From assembly GCA_900088475.1 (NCBI GenBank), contig FLMG01002637.1, forward strand, positions 8,312-72,311: a stretch of DNA of 64,000 nt. The letters are read 5' to 3'. Below the pieces are notes generated by a model that saw only the letters and a program-made list of their open reading frames with translations, was not told where the DNA came from and made no database searches. Positions 12,501 through 21,982 of the stretch are shown here, piece by piece. A program made the position numbers and the translations under genes. The stretch's first letter is position 1. Each line of letters begins with the position of its first letter. The stretch is from Hyphochytrium catenoides (Eukaryota; Protista; Hyphochytriomycota).

Positions 12501-13271
12501 ACTTTGAGGCGAGCCGTGGTCTCAAACCTTCGAGTGGCGGCTGAGACCTCTGTATTTGTTCTGATAGACGTTCTTATCCTACTATCCTGGCAATTTGGCT
12601 CAAAAATAAGCTCCACAACAGCTTTTGAGACTATAGAGATCCTTGGTGATGTTCCTAGGGAAGTGTGTGACTATGGGAACAATGCTGGCATGATCGTTAT
12701 GTTGACCTACAAGTGTCTGGTCCTCGGTGTTGGAGTGTACTTGGCGATCAAGTCTTGGGAAATTGTTGCTGACTATTCTGAGGCCAAGCAGCTAGCAATT
12801 GGACTGTACAACGCCACACTAATGGGCGGCCTAACGCTGCTTTTGACCATGGTGATTGATACATCCATCACCATCAGGGTGCTCCTTCTGGCTGTTTCTT
12901 GCTGTATGGTGGCACTCATCTGCGTGATACTGGTTATGACACCAAAGCTCTTTTACTTGTACAAGAATCCAAACTCTAGAACATCTACGAAGAAGGCATC
13001 AGCAGCGGGACACCACCCTAGCTTCTCCCGTCCTCCTGCTCGAGGAAGCGTCCTTGACATAAACGCTAATGTCAGACCGCAGCCCATACTGTCAGATCCG
13101 ACATCCACTACCGGCCCTGAGACTCCTGCACTTCTTTCTGACCCAGGTACCAAAGTTCAGCCCAACAAGACGGTGGTGGAAAGCGCCTCATCTGTTGGGG
13201 AGGTAAATGATGGAGACAAAGTCTCATGCATGACAGGTCCTCGGAGGACCCTTAGCCCTGCGGTCCCTTGA
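9548..13271 (+). CDS. Class C (GABA-B-like, 7tm_3) GPCR with two tandem PstS-like periplasmic-binding ectodomains; exons 9548-10315 and 10482-13271, ~1,185 aa
   Basis: ATG at 9548 followed by a signal peptide. Phase-0 intron gtaag(10316)...acag(10481) joins GLTAA|FTMLPYS in frame. PstS-like motifs occur twice (LAGIFMGTVTRWDD; LADIYLGKITLWNDPRI; WPIVSIAY and WPLVVEYN). A Cys-rich linker precedes seven hydrophobic helices with class C signatures (C.VRPW.LSISFS.LFAPLLMK..RVY.LF, EAKQLAIGLYN, TPK). Confidence 0.9.
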
Positions 13272-14975
13272 GACGGTGTTCGTCATACTAGACGGCCTTT
13301 ATACTTTGGCAGTCTGACCCTCAGTACAACACCTATCAATGTTGATCTCGCACATTACTAAGCGTCGATGGTAAACGCCAGACACAGAAGGGCTCCATAT
13401 GTTCAAAGATGTAGAGAAAGAGAAGAGATACTTACAGACCGATATTCTTAAATGAGTCATTTTTCCATCTGTGCTAACCTCATCCAGGGCTAGAACGAGT
13501 CTGTTCAACCGGATACCCAGTACTTCAAGCCTTGTATTAACCACGACTGGAAAGTGGTCAATCAGCTCTTGCCCTCTCACCGTCTCGGACAAATCAGCTC
13601 CTCTACTAATGCACTTCTGGGTTATGAATCTAACGCTGGAAAGCGTTGGTCAGGAGCGTTCCGGTCCATCGCCCTATTGTTAGCCATAACCTGATCAGTA
13701 ACCATTGCATCTAAAAGAGCGAATAGCAGCACTCGTGTGACGGTGGTGACGGAACGGAAGAGCTCTGAGGAGCTGATTGTGTCGTTGCACTATAAGGCAA
13801 CAGTCTCTGCCTTCCCCCATGTATAAGATGAGGAATGCAGAGCAGTAAGAGCCTAATGGGCCAGTTACTGGCAAAAAAAAAAAAATTCTGCCCCAGAGTA
13901 ATAGTTAATCTGCTGGCCATCAAAGGACCAGATGACAGGGATTATTGGCTTGGGCCTTTACACAACATGACCTGCTGAAAAGGCGGCTCGTAGAGCTCCC
14001 CGTCCTTTCTTCTTCACTGGATGTGAAGTTGTTGCCATGATGACGGACTGTGAATATCGTATGGACCAGATATCAAGAGGCGTTATTATTGTTCTCAGTA
14101 AATATGTTATAAGATGGATGATGCTAGTTCCTAGACAACCTAGTATGGTATAGAGCTGCTGCAGGAAAAGTTATGCCACTGCCGAGCCACCGGCTCCTCT
14201 TCTTCCCCACTTGTGCATAGTGTCCATTGGTGGGCCGCAACCGCGGCGTGGCAGCAGCTATCTCAGTCGATGAAGGGGGAAACGGACATAAGAGGAGGCG
14301 AGATGAACCGAACTTCAGAACCAGACCACGGCCGCCGAACGTCAGATAATGAGTCAGTCCTGATCACACATTCTCCTAATAAATAATTCGCTAGCTCTCC
14401 ATGACGATCTCCTTTCATCATCGTTTTCATCTGTCCAGCAACAATGCATTGTTCTCTGTCTCTTTCTTTTACTCTATCGTGAGCTCCAGACGCCCTTCTT
14501 CACTTGCTGCTGCTGCAATTCTTCTCTGAGCTCCCAGGCGTCACCAGGCAAAAAGAAGGTGATTACAGGGTAGGGCAGTACAGCACTCACTCGAATACTG
14601 TCAAAACAACTACACCAATTCCTCGGTCACTACGTAACACGACGATGCGGTACATCACAGGAAGTCTCACACTACTAGGGCGGAAAATGGGCCACTGCCT
14701 GGCTGCTGAGGAAGAAAGAAGTCCGCCCGGCAGAACCAGAAGATAGATCAAACACTTAGTCAAGAACTATTAGGAGATGCTGGAGGCAGAGGGGCAAAGC
14801 AAAAGTGTGCAGCAACAGGTGTAGGACAGATGCTAGGGCAGAGAAGCAAGAAGCTAGTAGCTAGGGGAGAGAACATGGGGCCAGGGATGATGGTTTGTGT
14901 CCTGATTAATAAAAGAAAGTCATAGAAGATGCATATCTCCTCTCTCTGACATTTTCTGCCAAGAGTAACCTCTGC

Positions 14976-15656
14976 ATGATGAACAGGATGATGGCACGAA
15001 AGTTGACGACTCTTACTGGGGTAATGAAGGACAGCCGCGACAAAGCTACGACGCCCCCCATTCTGAGTCTTCCTACTGAGCTGCCACTTATCAGAAGCAT
15101 TTGGAAGGAGAAAGCGCAAAGCAGAAACGGTCACACGTCATATGCCACGCTACCCGGTGGTGATGAGAAGGATATGCCCCGTAATGCTATATGGCTGGAA
15201 ACAATGGAGGAAGACCGAACTATTGAGCACTATGACCGCGGCTTGTTGTGGGTGAATGACTCCGTTGTTCTCTCGCCGCCCAGTCCAGTCTTCTATAGCG
15301 TGGTACAGGTGGAATTAGTAGCGCAGTCCTTGCCAGACCTTTGCCATCCGCCACCGTTAGAAGCAGTAGTGCTGAAGGATTGGTCTCAGGGCTACGTAGG
15401 CATTCGCCCCAATAAGGGACTGGTGCTGGCAAGGAACGAGAAAAAACATGACGATACCATGCCAAGAACTGCCCTCAGCAACTTCCTCTTCTTATTGTTG
15501 CCGTTATCTCTCATTGTGCTGCTTCTTATGGTCGGCCCGTGCCTCATCAACGGTAGAGGGGAACGATGGCATGCTTTTAGGGACCATCATCACACATGCC
15601 AGGCTCATCTATTACAAAGTCCGGATAGTGACACTTCCTTGGTCAATGCCGGGTGA
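14976..15656 (+). CDS. Possible orphan protein (226 aa) with one C-terminal hydrophobic helix
   Basis: ATG-initiated 226-codon ORF of ordinary composition with a TM-like segment (FLFLLLPLSLIVLLLMVG). No family recognised. Confidence 0.3.
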   Translation: MMNRMMARKLTTLTGVMKDSRDKATTPPILSLPTELPLIRSIWKEKAQSRNGHTSYATLPGGDEKDMPRNAIWLETMEEDRTIEHYDRGLLWVNDSVVLSPPSPVFYSVVQVELVAQSLPDLCHPPPLEAVVLKDWSQGYVGIRPNKGLVLARNEKKHDDTMPRTALSNFLFLLLPLSLIVLLLMVGPCLINGRGERWHAFRDHHHTCQAHLLQSPDSDTSLVNAG

Positions 15657-18458
15657 AGGACTCTTTACCTGTCCTGAAATACCTCTGCAAGAATGATGTC
15701 GTTGAAGAGGAGTCCACGGAGGTGTTAATATAAGTGATGTTTCTTACGTCCCCCTCACAGTGAGGTACTCACCATTTATGGAGAATAGACTGAGCTGAAG
15801 GATGTTACCGAACGACTTCAAGCCCTTCCTGCGTTCCCACAGACGCTGTCAAGAACATATGTGGGGGAATGTCCACCCGGTTGGAACCCCTAACTTAAGA
15901 GGAAGACGTACTAGTCCCCTGACGTGAGCTCCTGAGAGGCCATTCTCGGTCCACTAGGAGCTACTAAAGCTAAGGACATGGCGCAGCAAGAATTTTCGTG
16001 GAACCTACCCAACAACCTGCCGCTCGGTTTCCTTCTGTGTGTAGGAGGAAGGCACTCCTGTCATACTGACATACTGACGTTTGAAGTCACCAACACTTTC
16101 TCCATATGGTACTTCTAATAGACCTAGAATGCCGCGGTAGACAATATAATTAGCTGCAATCTAAGGGTTTTTCTAAGTGAAAACGAGATGGAATACATCG
16201 CGCTCGTCCGCAATGACATCTGTAGCTAATGCTTCAGAGGAAGTATAGCTACGCCGAGAAGTGATGAGGTCTGCGTTGACAAGCTTCAGCCTGAGTAGCA
16301 GTTACCTCAAATATCAGGGAAAGGGAAAGAGAGGCCTTGGATATGGCTTAAGCCTCAGACTTAACGTAACGTGCACTAGAAGGAGCTCGTTTTGTTGTTG
16401 ACAATTATCTCTCGTGGAGAGGATATATATTAGGGAGCGGATCGTTTCAAGGAGGAACATGCAGGGTTCTGCTAATGTGCCGTTCTCTGATCAACAAAGC
16501 TCACCAGAAGCTTGATTGGGCCATCACCCATCCGAGAGGTACCTGGCGTCACCTGGACCCTTTATTAATAGAGTATGTGAATTAAACTAGAGCTCCTTCT
16601 AGAACTGGGTCTGGCTGACCATTTAGCAGTCAGAACTATTGCTGCATACGCAAGGGCATTTAGAAAGGATTACTGGCTCATTAGACAGATTAAGAGTGTC
16701 ATCTTCATGCAAGTAATGTCAAGATTGAACATATGCCTCTGTGGCATCTATGATTCTCTATCATTTCTCCTTGACTCCAGCGCGGCCCCCGTCGGCGCCC
16801 CATCTTAACCAAATTATGATGATCAGCCAGGCACACCGCTCATCCTTAATAGACCATTCCACTCAGAGTGCTGCTGATGTCTGCTATAGGTGATGTGCGG
16901 TTTGGTAGCTTAATGTTGAGCTAGCAGATAAGAACTGACCCGGAGTGCATCAGCACTTATCCGGGCCATCAACCCGCATGGCTCTCCCCAACTCAAGTTA
17001 CCCCCTTTGCCTCTCAGCTTCAACGGACAATGAAATGCGTGCCATGATGGTGCCATCACACTGCACAAGAAGCCAGCCTTCCCGAAAATTTCTGTCTCCT
17101 GCAAGCAATCCACCGTCAACTCTTTCGTATGGTCCCCGCCTCGCCCAATTCTGAACTTATCTAAGGTTACACAGAGTTGGTAGGTCCACCGACAGACAGC
17201 AGAAGAGAAAGGAATCAATGACCACAATACCCTCGTGAAGAAGAGGCAGCCACAGTCTAACAGAAAGTGCGGGATGGTGGGTAAAGTTCTTGCTCGCAGC
17301 CGGAAGCACGCAATCAGGATGAGCGCCCGTCTGAGTGTTGTTACTTGTCGTAGTAGGGAAAGGAGAGAGGGAGAAGAGAGCGCCAAGCGAAGAAGAGATC
17401 ATGATAAGAGCTTGTACTCACTGTGGGCTGTACACGTACAACGTGGTACGGTATATGACCATTTACAGCTACCGCTAAATATAAAAATAAGGCCTGTACT
17501 TATCATACTAACCCTATCCCTAATCCTAAGCTTCTTTCAATTCAATAGAAATGTATGAGGTGTATAAGGCCTTTAGTTGTGCTGCCTGTCAGTGCCCTTC
17601 CCCTGTGATTGGCTGGATCAGTCTTAGGCCCGCTAACACTGGTGACCAGCAATCTTAGTCTAGGATGCCATCATTGTTCTGCTTCTATGTTGTCAGTTAA
17701 AGGCTTTCCTATCACCCAGACTGTGACTACTCAGGAGCCAATCAAAACGCAGAAAACTCTTAGGCTGCGGGTCTCCTGCTCCTCCAAAGGCATGATCGTA
17801 AGCCATAGATACATTTAGGCCTAAGACGTTTATTGTTTCCTGTGTTTAACCCTGGACTGCAGTTCTAGTCTCCATTCTCCCTCTTCCTCTTGCTCTCTTG
17901 ACGCAATCCCTCCATGAATAGTAACCCCTTTGTATATTATGCATGTCAATAGAGTGTGATTCCTATTGCTTATGTCAAGCGCCCGACTGTGCTGTGAGAA
18001 AGAGTGCAACAAGACGTTTCTAGGCGGGCGCGTTGGCCTGGCCCAGACTGTGGGCCGCTTAAAGCCAGCTAAACAGAAAGATACAGTGCACCCTTGCTCG
18101 CACTTGTTCCAATCTCTTCTCCTTCTATGCTTTAGAAGCCCGCTTTTCCCTGCTCTTGCTGATCCCAAAAGGAAGGGAGAGGCACGGCTCAGTGCAAGGC
18201 TAGCACTGGTCCGGTGGCGGCAAAAGCAGGAAGGTTCCAGGCCTTCTTCAGTAATAAGCCGCGGGGGAAATACTAGATCACCGCCTGGTCACTGCAGCCA
18301 CATCACAACTTCCACTCTGCAGCGAACCCACAGGCTGCCGTACTCGCAATCACTACAGCGAGTCTCTCCTATCTCTTTCTTCCTTTCCTTCGCCTGCTCA
18401 ACATAGCCTAGCGATAGTTTGCCGCGTTCTCAACACACTTCACACAGTTGATAGAACG

Positions 18459-20012
18459 ATGGGCTCAATAAAATCCTTTATCAAAGCTCTCGGGGCCGCT
18501 GTGCTATTGCTCGCATCAGCAGTAGATGCTCGACCTAATGGTGCCCCACGCTGTGCCATTAACCCGGATGCAATCTCTGGAGCTCATCAGTCCCAACCAG
18601 TGGATCTTGGAGCTAAACTGGTGGCCTCCTCTGCGACGTACACTCCTGGGCAGGTTATGGAAGTTACCGTCGAGGGCCCTGCGGAGTGGAAGGGTCTTCT
18701 TTTATATGGCGCCCAGGGCGAAGCAGAAGTCGGTCCTGGCAAAGCCGATGGCCGCAAAGCTCACGTCGGAAAGTTCATGGAGATTCCGCAGAACTTCAAG
18801 GCCCAAGCTGTTGATATCTGCCAGACTGCGGGGATTACCAATGAAGCCGATGGCTCAAACCCGGTAGAAGCCTCAACTATCACTCACGCAAATGGCCAGG
18901 CTAAGGGTGGAAAGGTCGTCTTTAAGTGGCAAGCCCCTGCCAATAATGTGGGACCCGTCAGCATCGTTGGAGCAGTGGCCATGGGTGGCCCCGGTGGCAA
19001 ATGGGGTGTTCTGAACCAGATTGTCCTTCAGCCTGCTGGCGGAGCAGCCAATGGTGCAGTGGGAGGTGTGGTCCAACAGACAGGAGCTAAAGTAGATGTG
19101 AATGGGCAAGCAGTCATTGACATCCTGCCTCCAGGCAGCGACTGTGGCTGTGGCTTTGGCAAGGCCACTCAGCAGCAAACTGCAGGGGCACAGCAGCCCA
19201 ACGGAGGTGTTCAGCAAACTACAATGGTCAACGGCCAACAACAGCAGCAGCAAGGCGGGGTGTCAATTCACGGAGCCTTTCAGGCTAACATCCAAGGTCC
19301 TTTCAATGGCTCTTTCGAGGAGTGGCTTATCCTCATGTTTGGCACTAGCGATTGGGGAGTCCTAACCCAGCAAGGCGGCGCGGTCGGCACTACGGTCCAC
19401 ATTGGGAACTCCATGGGTTCGTCTTCTCAAGGTCCAATCGGCTCCAGCACAGGAATTAGCGCCGGAGGAGTGCAGTCATCTACAACGGCCGGTACTGCTG
19501 GTAATGCACCTCCACAGCAAGACTCTCCGTCCTCGGGCTCTGCCAGCACAGGTATTGCTGGTAATGCACCCTCAAAGCAAGATAGTCCCTCTTCTTCGGG
19601 TTCTTCCGGCTCGCCATCCGCATTACCGAGTGGCCCGGTTCAACAGCAAGGTGCTCCCGCAGGAGAGCCATCTCCATCGGTGAGTGTTCCAGCCATTCCT
19701 GGCGTTGGCGCTGGTGCCAGCCAACAGCAGCAGAGTGTAGAGTTGCCTACAGGAGGGGCAACCTCTGGTGCCTCAGCACCTAGCAGCAACGCTCCTAGCA
19801 AAGCTTCTGGCGCCCCTGTTGGCTCCGGAGGGGCGTCCGCTCCCGCCGGAAACCCTATTCTTAACGCCGGTGCAGCTCAACAGGCTCCCGCAGCACCTGC
19901 CGGTGGCGCAGGCAATGTTGGAACGGTAGCTGTGAGCGACGACATGATTATCGACTCTAAAGACATCGTAGTGGAGGACACCTCGGGAGCTGGCAGGCGT
20001 CTTCGGCATTAG
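18459..20012 (+). CDS. Secreted Reeler-like domain protein with Q/G/S/A/P-rich tail, intronless
   Basis: Signal peptide ending ..AVDA, then RPNGAPRC, YTPGQ.MEVTV, WKGLLLY, HVGKF, TITH and FKWQAP..GPVSI, the Reeler motif series. Uninterrupted 517-aa ORF. Confidence 0.8.
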   Translation: MGSIKSFIKALGAAVLLLASAVDARPNGAPRCAINPDAISGAHQSQPVDLGAKLVASSATYTPGQVMEVTVEGPAEWKGLLLYGAQGEAEVGPGKADGRKAHVGKFMEIPQNFKAQAVDICQTAGITNEADGSNPVEASTITHANGQAKGGKVVFKWQAPANNVGPVSIVGAVAMGGPGGKWGVLNQIVLQPAGGAANGAVGGVVQQTGAKVDVNGQAVIDILPPGSDCGCGFGKATQQQTAGAQQPNGGVQQTTMVNGQQQQQQGGVSIHGAFQANIQGPFNGSFEEWLILMFGTSDWGVLTQQGGAVGTTVHIGNSMGSSSQGPIGSSTGISAGGVQSSTTAGTAGNAPPQQDSPSSGSASTGIAGNAPSKQDSPSSSGSSGSPSALPSGPVQQQGAPAGEPSPSVSVPAIPGVGAGASQQQQSVELPTGGATSGASAPSSNAPSKASGAPVGSGGASAPAGNPILNAGAAQQAPAAPAGGAGNVGTVAVSDDMIIDSKDIVVEDTSGAGRRLRH

Positions 20013-21169
20013 GAATCTGTCGTCTTCATTATTACTTTCCTTTCAAGAACGGTCATTCCCTCCTCTAAAATACAAAGTCAAACATCATTCGTCCCTCAGC
20101 TTCCGTTTCGTTCACTGTTTTGCTCATGAGCCTGTTGACGCACTCTACCTCTTTTGATAGCGAGTGATTGCAGTCAACTCCAGGCTTTAATAAAGTGAAA
20201 AACTGTTAACTATATGCAGAGTTTCTCAATCAGTTCTCCGTTAGAAATAGCATCGTCCTTTCTATTACCTCCATGATACCCTTCGCTTGCCATCATGCCA
20301 ATTTCAGTCCGTAACCCACAGCGCTATTTCTCTAAGCCTAACATCTGCGTAACCGCATTTATGATCTTCTAGCTATTTAGGAAGGTCTTATTCTCTTCGG
20401 AGCCCAAGACCATTCCATCTCCCCTTTACCACTCCTTTCCTCTTCTCTCTCCGTTTGTTACCGAAGTGCAAAAAGAGAATGAAGATGAGAAATGGACAAC
20501 CGAAAACGCTTGATTACGTGAGCTCTGAATCATCGTTTGAGAAGAGGGACAGTCCTAAGAACTGTGAGCTCAAAAACAAAATGAAGTGTTTTCGGAAGCT
20601 TACTGTTGACCATTGGAGGGATGTATAGCACCTATCTCTAGCAATCAAAGATTAAAGAAAGATCAACTCATGATAGGAGGACATACATAGTAGGTGAAGA
20701 CAGGAGGAAGTACCCGAAAGCGTGAAGAAAGCATTTGGAGTGGTAGTGCAGGGCTGGCGGCAGGACATGCACTATTGCTAAAGTTGAGCTTCACAATTAC
20801 ATCTTGCCAAGCTATTCTGGATGTGCCACCCGCCAGAATGCGGCAGAGTGTGTCCCAGGGGTAAAGCACTTGCTATTATCGTTGAGCTGACATTTACATC
20901 TTGCTAAAAGGCACTGTTGACACCGCTGGAGAGAGTCGCTCTTTCGACCACGCCCATAGGCCCATGCGACACATTATGTAAAGCACAGAAATGGACCATA
21001 GGAATAATCAGCAAGGAGATTGTTAACATTGTTTGACCATAGAATCGACAGAAGTAACAGTTCATATTCACCATAATATGTGTGAATGTAGTAAGTCATA
21101 GGATTCTTATTGCTAATAATAATATATAAAGGAGGAAAGGACACGATAGGCCTGCCACCCGCTTGTCTT

Positions 21170-21982
21170 CTACTTGGTCAGCTTGAATGACTGCGGTAAC
21201 ACTAGACCCGTATCTTCAGCCAGTTTCATGTGATTCATTACCACGACCACTGCGGCACTGGCAAATTCTCTTACTAGCGGGTTGAGAGTGGTAGATCGTA
21301 CCTTTCCAATGAGCGTAAAGACTTTCCCATGCGCGAAGCGGATGTTGTTGGCAAAGGCAACGTCAAAGTCATCACCCATTTTGCCCTGCATTTCCGTCAG
21401 GAATGCTTGTTGTTCAGCGTTTGGCATGCTGGGCAGGAGAACTCCAAGTTTGTCTGCAAGGCAACGCACTTGCTCGTCCAGGTCGAGATGATTCTTCTCA
21501 ATAGTCTTCGCTGCTGCCTTCACGAGGGCGGAATTGCCGCGCTGCAATGCTTGCTGACTGGCAGGAGCCTCCCAAAGTCCGGCTTGTCTCACCTTCACGA
21601 TAAAATCGATGTCGTCAGCGCTGAGGCCCAGAGGATTGGGCTGAAAATTGGTAAGATCTCCACTGGGTGCTGCAGCCCCCGCAGCTCCTGTGGCAGCAGC
21701 GCCGCCGGCAGTAGGCGGGAATGGGGAGAGAACTTGTCCGCTAGGAGGTGGTGGTGCAGCTTGCAGGAACCGTTGGGTGGTGACGGTACCATCAACGCTA
21801 CGTTCAGCAGGCAGAGGATGAGTGAAACCGACTGCCAAAACCACAAGAGTGACGGCGGCCAGCGCCACGCCAGCCACAGTGTAGCGCTTCGACTTCATCA
21901 GTTGTCGGAGCGGCAAGGGCTGTCGCTGTTGCTGAGAAGGTTGGTTATAAGCCAGCTCCAGATCACTGAGGTTATTACTCAT
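21170..21982 (-). CDS. DUF4142 (ferritin-like) protein with an N-terminal transmembrane anchor, intronless
   Basis: TM segment TVAGVALAAVTLVVLAVGF. Domain motifs D.DFIVKVRQAGLWEAPA, H.DLDEQVR.LA.KLGV.LP, G.DFD.AFAN.IRFAHGKVF and VR.FA......V.NHM.LAEDTG match my recollection of actinobacterial DUF4142 proteins. Confidence 0.75.
   Translation of the reverse strand: MSNNLSDLELAYNQPSQQQRQPLPLRQLMKSKRYTVAGVALAAVTLVVLAVGFTHPLPAERSVDGTVTTQRFLQAAPPPPSGQVLSPFPPTAGGAAATGAAGAAAPSGDLTNFQPNPLGLSADDIDFIVKVRQAGLWEAPASQQALQRGNSALVKAAAKTIEKNHLDLDEQVRCLADKLGVLLPSMPNAEQQAFLTEMQGKMGDDFDVAFANNIRFAHGKVFTLIGKVRSTTLNPLVREFASAAVVVVMNHMKLAEDTGLVLPQSFKLTK

Noticed and set aside
17509-17530. Telomere-like CCCTAA/TTAGGG variants (also ~23200 and ~56125)
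   Set aside because: Only 2-3 imperfect units each; within chance.
16910-17558. Overlapping 80-160-aa ORFs
   Set aside because: No family motif recognised in the frames examined.
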